The notes under the pieces were generated by a model, which saw only the letters and a program-made list of their open reading frames with translations, ran no database searches and had not been told where the DNA came from. Positions 28,625 to 38,492 of a stretch of DNA of 64,000 nt are shown one piece after another; position 1 is the first letter of the stretch; every line of letters begins with the position of its first letter. The stretch is from Chloroflexota bacterium (GTDB lineage: Bacteria > Chloroflexota > Dehalococcoidia > UBA2979). The stretch spans positions 289,683-353,682 of the forward strand of contig PBBA01000006.1 of NCBI GenBank assembly GCA_002716405.1, written 5' to 3'. The position numbers and the translations under genes were made by a program.

Positions 28625-28721
28625 TGGCGGGAATGCGTGGGAGTCGAACCCACCCAGGACTACGACGTAGCCCCGCAACGGTTTTGAAGACCGCGAACAC
28701 CACCAGGCATTATCCACTCCC
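28625..28721 (-). tRNA. selC: tRNA-Sec (anticodon UCA), selC-type
   Basis: 97 nt: GGGAGUGG AU AAUGCC-UGGU-GGUGUU (6-bp D stem, 4-nt loop), GCGGU-CUUCAAA-ACCGU (UCA anticodon), a long variable arm GGGGCUAC-GUC-GUAGUCCU, GUGGG-UUCGACU-CCCAC, and an extended acceptor ending G-CCA. Confidence 0.88.
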
Positions 28722-28813
28722 ACACATATCATACTTACATATTAGGAATTGGAGTATCGCTTAATCATGTATTATTATGCATAAAGCTAATTATATAAGA
28801 GCAAGGAAAAAAA

Positions 28814-29317
28814 TTGACAATTGAACAACCCTCAGAAGAAGATCTTTCACAAGCTTCACCAGAAAATATTAATAAGATGCGTAAATTCGTTAATAACTTT
28901 GCCGAAAAAAGTGGTAGCTTTTTACACCCACAATCTGAGATTACAGAATTTCTAGTCATAGGTTTGGCAAAAAATATTGATGAGGTTGGAAGACCTCTTT
29001 GCCCTTGTATGTTTTTTGAGGACAAAGAAGAAGAAATAGAAAAGAAATTCTGGATTTGTCCATGTGAAGAAATGCAAAGATGGAAATATTGTCACTGACT
29101 ACTTTTTTGCGACGAGGAAGGTCTTCCCGTCACAGAGCATTTACCAGAAGATCATGAAGGAAGAGAGGCGTATGGTCTCCGTAAAGATCCTGACCCAAGT
29201 AAAGGTAGAGCCCTAGGAAGGCTTGAGGAAAAGCAAGGTAGATCGCTTAAAAAAGGTCAACGATCTAGTAATGAATCCAATCAGACTGGGAACAAAAATC
29301 CAAAAAATATTATCTAA
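28814..29317 (+). CDS. Ferredoxin:thioredoxin reductase catalytic-subunit homologue, predicted selenoprotein (in-frame UGA at 29096..29098 read as Sec)
   Basis: CPC-(16)-CPC-(8)-CH[UGA]-LLF matches the FTRc CPC...CPC...CHC.LF pattern exactly. 72 stop-free codons follow the UGA in an AT-rich genome. A SECIS-like hairpin lies 12 nt after the UGA, and tRNA-Sec is 93 nt upstream. The track ORF stops at 29098. Confidence 0.7.
29111..29131 (+). promoter_or_regulatory. Bacterial SECIS-like hairpin
   Basis: GACG(A)GGAA-GGUC-UUCC-CGUC: an 8-bp stem with one bulged A and a GGUC apical loop starting 24 nt after the U of UGA. Confidence 0.6.
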
Positions 29318-29637
29318 AGTACCGCATCGATATGCTTAGCAAGTTCACTCTTTGGACGAAATCCTATAACTTGACCAACATTTTCTCCGCCTTTAAAAAG
29401 CAACAATGTAGGAATTGAACGAATCCCATACTTACCAGATACTTGAGGATTTTCATCAGTATTTAACTTCACAAATTTAACTTGTCCATCATAGTCGTCA
29501 GATAGTTCTTCGACGACTGGAGCTACCATCCTGCAAGGTCCACACCACGGTGCCCAAAAGTCTACCAAAACAGGTAGTTCAGAATTTAAAACATCAACTT
29601 CAAATGTTGAGTCTGTCGTATCAGTAGGGTGTGCCAT
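29314..29637 (-). CDS. trxA: Thioredoxin
   Basis: [18 protein letters not shown], 107 aa. Its 3' end overlaps the extended FTRc ORF by 4 nt (convergent). Confidence 0.93.
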   Translation of the reverse strand: MAHPTDTTDSTFEVDVLNSELPVLVDFWAPWCGPCRMVAPVVEELSDDYDGQVKFVKLNTDENPQVSGKYGIRSIPTLLLFKGGENVGQVIGFRPKSELAKHIDAVL

Positions 29638-29718
29638 TTTTCACCTGCTTTCTATTCTCTTAACTAATACCATATAGTACGCAACCTAGGACTTGTTGGC
29701 CAGTTTTACAAATATAAT

Positions 29719-30717
29719 TTAAGTATAGCGAGATGCAATTATCGTACGAACTTGTTGCAGTATACCTAACTGATCTGCTTGAGCGGCATTAATTATTGCA
29801 TTATGCACTGCCACAGCATCACTACGACCATGACCAATGAAAACAGATCCTTCAACACCAAGTAAAGGTGCAGCGCCATATCTCCGGTAGTCTAAATTGG
29901 ATCTAACTTCACGAAGAGATGGTAAAAGTAAAGCACCACCCAAACGAGAACGAAAAGATTTATGAGCTGTTGATCTCATAATATCAAACAGCATTGAAAT
30001 AGTGCCTTCGATAATTTTTAAGGCATTATTACCTGTAAATCCATCCGTAACAATTACCTGACAATCTCCAGTAACTATATCTCGTCCTTCGATATTACCT
30101 ATAAAGTTTATGAATGAATCATTTTCCAACTTCTCGTAAGCTTCCTGAATAAGAGTAGAGCCTTTTGATGCCTCCTCACCTATAGATAAAAGACCAACTT
30201 TCGGTGAACCAAATCCGTGAGTCGCTTTCATATATACTGTACCCATATCCGCAAATTGAACCAGATGTGAAGCCTTGGATTCTGCATTAGCTCCCCCATC
30301 AATTAATAAAGATGGACCACCGGGTGTAGGTAAAACTATTGCTAGCCCAGGGCGTTGTACGCCTGGTAGTCTCCCTAAATGAAGCAGGGCCGCTGCTAAC
30401 ATTGCACCGGTATTACCCATAGAAACAAATGCACTAGCTTGCTTACTTTTTACTAGTTCCATTCCGACCCATATCGAAGAGTCTGTACGATTACGAATCT
30501 GCATACCAACTTGCTCATCCATTGCTATCACGTCAGATGCGTGCACAATCTCTAATGAATCAGGAAAATCACCTAATTCATTTATTGCTTTTTCCAAAAT
30601 ATCCTGGTTGCCAATTAAAAAAATTTTAATACCTTGATTAGCAGCTGAGAAAGCACCTGCGACGGCTGCTTCAGGGGCAGCATCACCTCCCATTCCATCA
30701 ATCGCTATAACGGTCAA
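29719..30717 (-). CDS. plsX: Phosphate acyltransferase PlsX
   Basis: IAIDGMGGDAAPEA start, GNTGA and TDGFTGN motifs. Confidence 0.92.
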   Translation of the reverse strand: MTVIAIDGMGGDAAPEAAVAGAFSAANQGIKIFLIGNQDILEKAINELGDFPDSLEIVHASDVIAMDEQVGMQIRNRTDSSIWVGMELVKSKQASAFVSMGNTGAMLAAALLHLGRLPGVQRPGLAIVLPTPGGPSLLIDGGANAESKASHLVQFADMGTVYMKATHGFGSPKVGLLSIGEEASKGSTLIQEAYEKLENDSFINFIGNIEGRDIVTGDCQVIVTDGFTGNNALKIIEGTISMLFDIMRSTAHKSFRSRLGGALLLPSLREVRSNLDYRRYGAAPLLGVEGSVFIGHGRSDAVAVHNAIINAAQADQLGILQQVRTIIASRYT

Positions 30718-30738
30718 TTCAGAAAACCCTCCAAAAAT

Positions 30739-31518
30739 CTAAGCATCATTAGAAAAGACTAGAATCATCCTCTCTGATTCATCAGAAAAAACTTCATAAT
30801 TATAGTCACCCCAAATATTTTCAATCTTCAAACCTGCTATCTGAGCAACAAGACTTAACTCAGACAAAATGAACGAACGCAACTGAAATTGTGAGCTCAT
30901 TCTTCTAAGATAACCATCCTTTTCTTGCATATCAAAATGCCAGGTTACATTTCGTAATGAATGAATTGGGTCACTAGCAACACTGACCCATTTAGTGACT
31001 TGATATACCTGATCATTTTTAACATATTCTCTTGTCCAATGTTCCAGCAATGGTTGAATGCCTGGAACAGAAAATTCTGAACCCATACTTTCAATATCAA
31101 CAATAAGAATTCCATCCTTAGTTAAGTGTTGTTTAATATTTTTAAAAATTAAAACAACATCCTCTACATCTGTAACATGTTGAAGACCACCTAAAGGAAT
31201 CAAAATAACAGAAAATTTTTCCTCAAATCGAAAGTTATCGAATTCAGCTACACTTAAATCGATATCAAAATCAATAAGTCGATTTTTGGCAATTTCTAAC
31301 ATAGATAAACTCTTATCTATACCTACTAACTTCACATTAAGATCTGATAATGACTCCAATACACGCCCAGTCCCACACCCAAGCTCAAGTACATTCCCTG
31401 TCGTATTAAATAAATATTCTCTATAAAAGAAAAGATCATCAACATAACCTTGTAAATCTAGGTCATAAAACTGAGCAATTTGTGCAAACGGATCTTTGGA
31501 GAACGAACTTACAATAAT
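30739..31518 (-). CDS. Class I SAM-dependent methyltransferase (start codon uncertain, possibly ATT)
   Basis: The track ORF (TTG 31359) lacks motif I. The same frame upstream is open and encodes ...DDLFFYREYLFNTTGNVLELGCGTGRV. There is no ATG/GTG/TTG in that stretch. AGGAG precedes two ATT codons at 31518/31515. Confidence 0.65.
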   Translation of the reverse strand: MIVSSFSKDPFAQIAQFYDLDLQGYVDDLFFYREYLFNTTGNVLELGCGTGRVLESLSDLNVKLVGIDKSLSMLEIAKNRLIDFDIDLSVAEFDNFRFEEKFSVILIPLGGLQHVTDVEDVVLIFKNIKQHLTKDGILIVDIESMGSEFSVPGIQPLLEHWTREYVKNDQVYQVTKWVSVASDPIHSLRNVTWHFDMQEKDGYLRRMSSQFQLRSFILSELSLVAQIAGLKIENIWGDYNYEVFSDESERMILVFSNDA

Positions 31519-31678
31519 ATTAACTCCTGAAACTAAATTTTCGTAATTACAAATCAGAAAACTTTGTCGCTCAACATGTTAAGTGTTTGATGACGTACAT
31601 TACGCAACAATTAATAATAACATTGTGTATACCTAAACAATTTATACCATTACAAAAAAGAAGGATAACATCGTAAAA

Positions 31679-32593
31679 ATGAATTCTGTCGATAATGAAC
31701 CGTCATTATTAGATACGTATTACCATATTCGTAACATGACTAACGTACGTGAAATTGAATCAATAATATCAAATGACCGTGCATATTCAGCTTATGCACT
31801 TGGGCACTTAGAAAAAGAGCTATTCCGACAATCAAAGTTTTATTTATCGGAAAGTAAAAACAGTAGCGGTATAGTCATGCATTCTACTGGATTAGGTAAT
31901 ACATCAATTACTATTGGAGATTCTAAGGCTATTTCTGCAATTCTTTCTATTTATCCAGGTAATCGGCAATCATACTTGGTTACAGCATCAGAAACGCATT
32001 TACCAATATTGAAAAAATACTATCACGTTGAACAAATAATCCATATGCAAAGAATGACGGTCAATAATAAAAATTTTACTCCTCAAAATGGACAGGTGGA
32101 AAAATTAACAGGCACCCATATTAATGCACTAAACCTACTGTACCGAAAAGGTGGTGGTCCTTACTTTTCAAGCTCTAAGACTGTAGATCAGGGTGTATAT
32201 TTTGGAATATTTAACAATGGATCTTTAGTAGCAGCTGGTGGATCTCATGTGGTTGCTCCCAACCAACAAATTGCTGTTGTTGGCAATATTTTTACTGATC
32301 TTAACTTTCGTGGAAAAGGTTACGCAACTTATGTAACTTCAGCTATTACACAACAATTACTAAATTATGGTTGCGCTGAAGTAGTTCTAAGCGTAAACCC
32401 TGAAAACATACCAGCAGTGAGTGCTTATAAAAGATTAGGCTTTGATTTTAAGTCCCATGTAACAGAGGCAAAATTAAAAAGGAAAGATTCTATTGGATTA
32501 AGAATGAATATTCGTCGACAATTAGCTAAACGAAAAGGTCATACTAATCTAAAATCCAAATCAACCTTATTGGTTCCCCTAGGTGATGGGTAA
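31679..32593 (+). CDS. GNAT-family N-acetyltransferase, ~300 aa (two-lobed)
   Basis: C-terminal acetyl-CoA motif VVGNIFTDLNFRGKGYATYVTSAI...YKRLGF. The N-terminal half is GNAT-sized but degenerate. Confidence 0.7.
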   Translation: MNSVDNEPSLLDTYYHIRNMTNVREIESIISNDRAYSAYALGHLEKELFRQSKFYLSESKNSSGIVMHSTGLGNTSITIGDSKAISAILSIYPGNRQSYLVTASETHLPILKKYYHVEQIIHMQRMTVNNKNFTPQNGQVEKLTGTHINALNLLYRKGGGPYFSSSKTVDQGVYFGIFNNGSLVAAGGSHVVAPNQQIAVVGNIFTDLNFRGKGYATYVTSAITQQLLNYGCAEVVLSVNPENIPAVSAYKRLGFDFKSHVTEAKLKRKDSIGLRMNIRRQLAKRKGHTNLKSKSTLLVPLGDG

Positions 32594-32609
32594 TAATAAT
32601 ATGTCTTAA

Positions 32610-33902
<1,293 letters not shown>

Positions 33903-33947
33903 ATTAAATAATTTTGAAAGGATTATCCTAACTTGAGCATCACTTTT

Positions 33948-35141
33948 ATGACTGCACCATCACTACTATTTACTAGTGAATCTGTAACTGAAGGACATCC
34001 AGACAAGCTATGTGATCAAATTTCAGATGCAATTTTAGACGAATTTATTAAAAATGATCCTTCCGCAAGGGTTGCATGTGAGACTGCAATTACTGAAAAT
34101 TCAGTATTTGTCATAGGTGAGATTACAAGTAATGCTTCAGTTGATATAGAAAAAATTGTCCGTAAAACAATATTGGATATTGGTTATGTTGATGAATCCA
34201 TAGGTATCAACGGATCTACTTGTGATGTGACGATAGCACTTAAAGAGCAGTCTTCTGATATCGCAATTGGAGTTAATCAATCTTTTGAAGTAAGAAATGA
34301 AACATCAAAAGTAGATCCTTATAATTTATCCGGCGCAGGAGACCAAGGCATGATGATTGGTTTTGCCTGCAATGAGACTGCTGAATTCATGCCATTAACT
34401 ATTTCATTATCCCACCAAATTACTAGAAAATTATCAGAGTTACGGCATGAAAAGATTTTGCCTTATCTATGTCCAGATGGAAAGGCTCAAGTAACAATTG
34501 AGTATAGCTATGGAAAGCCCAAACATATCTCTGCAATAGTAATTTCTTCCCAACATTTACCTTCTGTCAAAGATGAAACGCTAAGAAAAGATTTCGTGGA
34601 ACATGTTATAAATCCAATATGTCCTTCCGAATTAATAAATCCAAGTACAAAAATTTTTATTAACCCTACTGGAAGATTCGTTACCGGTGGACCTTTAGGA
34701 GATGCAGGTCTAACAGGAAGAAAAATTATTGTTGATACATATGGTGGGGTTGCAAGGCATGGTGGAGGAGCATTCAGTGGAAAGGATCCTTCCAAAGTGG
34801 ACCGTTCGGGAGCATATGCTGCTCGTCATCTAGCAAAAAATATTGTAGCAGCAAAAATTGCAGAACGATTTGAAGTACAAATTTCATACGCAATTGGCAT
34901 GTCACAACCTACTTCCATAGACTTTGAAGCATTTGGTACTGAAAAAATTCCTCGTGAACAAATAACAAAATTAATAAGTGAACAGTTTGATCTAAGGCCG
35001 GCTGCTATAATTGACAAGTTCAAACTTCAAAGACCGCTATATCTTCAAACAGCTTCATACGGTCACTTTGGTAGGCCTGATTTAGATCTTCCCTGGGAAG
35101 ATATTTCAGTCGCAGAAACTCTAAAAAACTTGTTGCAATAG
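33948..35141 (+). CDS. metK: S-adenosylmethionine synthetase
   Basis: [22 protein letters not shown] and [16 protein letters not shown]. The track ORF starts 5 codons upstream at TTG 33933. Confidence 0.93.
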   Translation: MTAPSLLFTSESVTEGHPDKLCDQISDAILDEFIKNDPSARVACETAITENSVFVIGEITSNASVDIEKIVRKTILDIGYVDESIGINGSTCDVTIALKEQSSDIAIGVNQSFEVRNETSKVDPYNLSGAGDQGMMIGFACNETAEFMPLTISLSHQITRKLSELRHEKILPYLCPDGKAQVTIEYSYGKPKHISAIVISSQHLPSVKDETLRKDFVEHVINPICPSELINPSTKIFINPTGRFVTGGPLGDAGLTGRKIIVDTYGGVARHGGGAFSGKDPSKVDRSGAYAARHLAKNIVAAKIAERFEVQISYAIGMSQPTSIDFEAFGTEKIPREQITKLISEQFDLRPAAIIDKFKLQRPLYLQTASYGHFGRPDLDLPWEDISVAETLKNLLQ

Positions 35142-35146
35142 GGGTA

Positions 35147-36571
35147 ATGTTGTCAAAAATACGCTTTGGAACAGACGGCTGGCGAGCAAAAATTGGTGAA
35201 GATTTCACCTTTACCAATGTAAGATATTTAACAGAAGCTCTAGTAAAGTACTTATCTGAAAAAAAACTAACTAGGAATATTATAGTAGGTTATGATACGC
35301 GCTTTCTGTCTTTTGAATTTGCAAAAACAGTTGCTACTATAATTTCGCGAAATGATATCCCCGTAACAATAACCTCATCTTTTGTACCTACACCAGCCTT
35401 GTCTCACTGCATTATAGAATTAAAGGCAGATGCTGGAGTAATGATCACTTCTAGCCACAACCCTTTTGATTGGAATGGTATAAAATTAAAAACTAATGAA
35501 GGTGTTAGCCTTCCTGAGAAAGAAACAGCGATCATAGAATCTTATATCGATGATTCAAAAATTTATAATCTTAATGAGCATGAACTATTCGAACAACATC
35601 TATCAAATGGTCTAATTAGGTGGCATGACCCGCAAAATTCCTACTTAAAAAGTTTAACCAATTTTGTGAATATAGAAGCAATCAAACATTCAAACCTAAA
35701 AATCTTAATCGATCCAATGTATGGTTCGGCACAGGGATGGCTGTTGAAGCTCTTAGAGAAGTCACAAACTACAGCTTCGGAAATCCATGGCAGTATAAAC
35801 CCACTATTTCCTTCATTACATGCACCAGAACCAATAGTTCGCAATCTCACAGAATCTTCAAAATTAATGCAGAATAATCAATATGATGTGTGTTTATCAA
35901 CGGATGGAGATGGAGACAGATTCGGCATTATAGACAATAAAGGAAATTTCATTAACCAATTGGAGGCTTTTGCATTATTGGTTTATTACTATTTTGAAGT
36001 TAAAGGATACCGTGGCCCCATAATAAGATCGGTCACTATGAGTAGGATGATCGATAAATTAGGTGAAAAATATAACTCAACCGTGTTTGAAACACCGGTA
36101 GGTTTCAAACACTTAAGTCAAAAAATGTTAGAAACTAATGCATTACTAGCAGGAGAAGAATCTGGAGGTGCTGCTTTTGCTGGCCATATTCCCGAACGAG
36201 ATGGGCTACTAGCAGGATTGATTATCCTAGATTTAATAATTAGTACAGGAGAAACAATTCCTAATTTATTAAGTAACCTATATAAGATAGTCGGCCCTCA
36301 TTCATATTATCGCCTAGATATACCGTTTAACAATGCCAAAAGGAATGAAATACTTAACAGACTAGAAGATGCGCAATTTGATGAAATAGCTGAATTAAAA
36401 GTACTTAAAAAAGATACCATCGATGGTTACCGATTTACATTTGCAGGTGATTGGTGGCTATTAATCCGCCTTAGCGGCACTGAGCCATTGATAAGAATTT
36501 ATGCCGAAATGCCTAATGAAAATCTCTTACAAAAAGCATTAAACGAGGGAAAAAATCTCGTCATTGAATGA
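35147..36571 (+). CDS. Phosphoglucomutase/phosphomannomutase family protein
   Basis: FGTDGWRA, TSSHNPFDWNG (phospho-Ser loop), DGDGDR and GEESGG. Confidence 0.85.
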   Translation: MLSKIRFGTDGWRAKIGEDFTFTNVRYLTEALVKYLSEKKLTRNIIVGYDTRFLSFEFAKTVATIISRNDIPVTITSSFVPTPALSHCIIELKADAGVMITSSHNPFDWNGIKLKTNEGVSLPEKETAIIESYIDDSKIYNLNEHELFEQHLSNGLIRWHDPQNSYLKSLTNFVNIEAIKHSNLKILIDPMYGSAQGWLLKLLEKSQTTASEIHGSINPLFPSLHAPEPIVRNLTESSKLMQNNQYDVCLSTDGDGDRFGIIDNKGNFINQLEAFALLVYYYFEVKGYRGPIIRSVTMSRMIDKLGEKYNSTVFETPVGFKHLSQKMLETNALLAGEESGGAAFAGHIPERDGLLAGLIILDLIISTGETIPNLLSNLYKIVGPHSYYRLDIPFNNAKRNEILNRLEDAQFDEIAELKVLKKDTIDGYRFTFAGDWWLLIRLSGTEPLIRIYAEMPNENLLQKALNEGKNLVIE

Positions 36572-36601
36572 TCTTGATAGTAAAAATTATAATACAATCC
36601 A

Positions 36602-37000
36602 CTACCTTTTTGTAAATTGTGGAGCTTTTCGAGCACGCTTTAGTCCGGGCTTTTTACGTTCCTTGACCCTTGCATCTCTAGTCAATAAACCTTCAGCACG
36701 TAAAAGTTTTTTGTTTCCATCATTGTAAGCAACAAGCGCACGAGAAACTCCATGACTTATCGCACCTGCCCAACCAGAAACACCACCACCTTCAACGCGC
36801 ACTTGAATATTAAAATTGGTCATATTATCAGTTGCAACTAAAGGGCGCAGAATCTCATTACGTAATGATTCACGAGGAATGATTTCATCCATCGGCTTGC
36901 CATTAACCACAACTGTCCCTTCACCAGGGTAAAGTCGAACTCGTGCAATAGCAGATTTTCGACGCCCTAATCCATAAAAATATCTTTGCTCGGTAGTCAT
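36602..37000 (-). CDS. rpsI: 30S ribosomal protein S9
   Basis: YGLGRRKSAIARV...; ends ...KAPQFTKR. Follows rplM. Confidence 0.94.
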   Translation of the reverse strand: MTTEQRYFYGLGRRKSAIARVRLYPGEGTVVVNGKPMDEIIPRESLRNEILRPLVATDNMTNFNIQVRVEGGGVSGWAGAISHGVSRALVAYNDGNKKLLRAEGLLTRDARVKERKKPGLKRARKAPQFTKR

Positions 37001-37001
37001 A

Positions 37002-37691
37002 TTAATCCTCGCTTATCTGAGGGTATTGATCATAATATTCATTAATTGCTGATACCACATCACCTTTTTTCCATCCAGGTAAGATATCTATACCAACCCT
37101 TTTAGCTTCTAAATCTAATTCTGCACGCTTATATTTATTCAGTGATCCTGTTAATCTATCACCATTAACTATATTACTTTCATCCGACTTTAAGACTTCA
37201 GTCGATTCAGAGACATCTGTTGCAACATTCACTTCCTGGCGAATTCTTTTTTTAGCCCTTTCACCTGTACCTTCATTAAGTTGTGCTTGATGAGGATGAT
37301 CACTTCCAGAATAAACATTTAAGTGGCGAAAAAGTTCTCTACCACGTGCATTATGAGGAAGCATACCTTTTATAGCTTGCTCTACAACTTTTGTAGAATC
37401 TCTCTTCATCTGTTCCGCAAACGATCTTGCTCGTAATCCACCTGGATAACCTGAATGACGATAATACGTTTTATCTCGTGTTTTTGTACCTGTAACTATA
37501 ATTTCATCAGTATTGATTATTACCACAAAATCTCCCATGGGTAAGAAAGGTTCGTAATTTGGTTTATGTTTACCCAACAACAATTTTGCGGCTTCACTGG
37601 CAACTCGACCAAGGGGTTTACCCTCTGCATCAATAAGACACCAACTCCTACTCATGGATTTGCCACTAAGCCTAAAAGTTTTAGAAGTCAT
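37002..37691 (-). CDS. rplM: 50S ribosomal protein L13 with an ~84-aa C-terminal extension
   Basis: WCLIDAEGKPLGRVASEAAKLLLGKHK core. The extension contains LNKYKRAELDLEAKRVGIDILPGWKKGDVVSAI. Confidence 0.92.
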   Translation of the reverse strand: MTSKTFRLSGKSMSRSWCLIDAEGKPLGRVASEAAKLLLGKHKPNYEPFLPMGDFVVIINTDEIIVTGTKTRDKTYYRHSGYPGGLRARSFAEQMKRDSTKVVEQAIKGMLPHNARGRELFRHLNVYSGSDHPHQAQLNEGTGERAKKRIRQEVNVATDVSESTEVLKSDESNIVNGDRLTGSLNKYKRAELDLEAKRVGIDILPGWKKGDVVSAINEYYDQYPQISED

Positions 37692-38479
37692 AATACATCC
37701 CTGTTTTTATTACTATTCCAATTAATTATCGATGATTCATACTTAACATCTAATAAAGTTAATCCATGTGCCGGTGCGGTTGGACCTGCACTTCCGGGGC
37801 CTTTATCCAAAAAATCGACATAATCTTGAGGTGATATCGCACCACATCCCACCTTTTCCAAAGCACCTACCATTCGCCGTACTTGATGTGGAAGAAATCC
37901 GCTAGCTTCAACGGTAACCAACACTTGATTAGGGTCAACTCTTTCGACATCGCAATCAAATAATTCTCGAATTGTAGAGTATCCTTCAGGTACAGGTCCG
38001 GCAAATGCTGACCAATCATATTCACAAAACGGCAAAGCCATCACAGCATCAGTCATAGAGGAAATGTTAAGGGCTTGCTGTCGAAACCATATATAATCCC
38101 TATTAATCGGTGATCTGACTCCTCCATCCTTAATTTTATACTGGTAAACCCGCGACTTCGCATGACGTCTAACGTCTATATCCAGTGGGATATCAATCAT
38201 AGAAACAACAGCCATATCTTCTGGCAAAAAATGATTTAATGCCGATACAGAACTATGTATATCGTACTGTTTCTCTGTTTCAAAAGTTGCAACCTGACCC
38301 AATGCATGAACTCCTGAATCAGTACGACCAGCAAAATTTGCTCTAGAATATTCATTAGTGAATTTCCACCATGCTTTTTCTAGCTCTCCTTGAATTGTCC
38401 TCTGACCTTTTTGCAATTGAGATCCTGAAAACAACGTTCCATCATACTCTAATTGTAAAGCCACACGTCTCAAAGTCAC
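37688..38479 (-). CDS. truA: tRNA pseudouridine(38-40) synthase
   Basis: VALQLEYDGTLFSGSQ, GRTDSGVHA. The GTG at 38479 has GGGAG 7 nt upstream and lies 13 nt after the rplQ stop. The longer track ORF would overlap rplQ. Confidence 0.88.
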   Translation of the reverse strand: MTLRRVALQLEYDGTLFSGSQLQKGQRTIQGELEKAWWKFTNEYSRANFAGRTDSGVHALGQVATFETEKQYDIHSSVSALNHFLPEDMAVVSMIDIPLDIDVRRHAKSRVYQYKIKDGGVRSPINRDYIWFRQQALNISSMTDAVMALPFCEYDWSAFAGPVPEGYSTIRELFDCDVERVDPNQVLVTVEASGFLPHQVRRMVGALEKVGCGAISPQDYVDFLDKGPGSAGPTAPAHGLTLLDVKYESSIINWNSNKNRDVL

Positions 38480-38492
38480 ATTCTTGCTCCCA

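Noticed and set aside
28594-28687. Extension of the flavin-reductase ORF (to 28653) and plus-strand ORF 28391..28687
   Set aside because: Both run through the tRNA-Sec gene or lie antisense to the flavin reductase. Neither has protein-like features.
28765-29025. Minus-strand 86-aa ORF
   Set aside because: It is antisense to the FTRc homologue, which carries the convincing CPC/CPC/CH(U) motifs.
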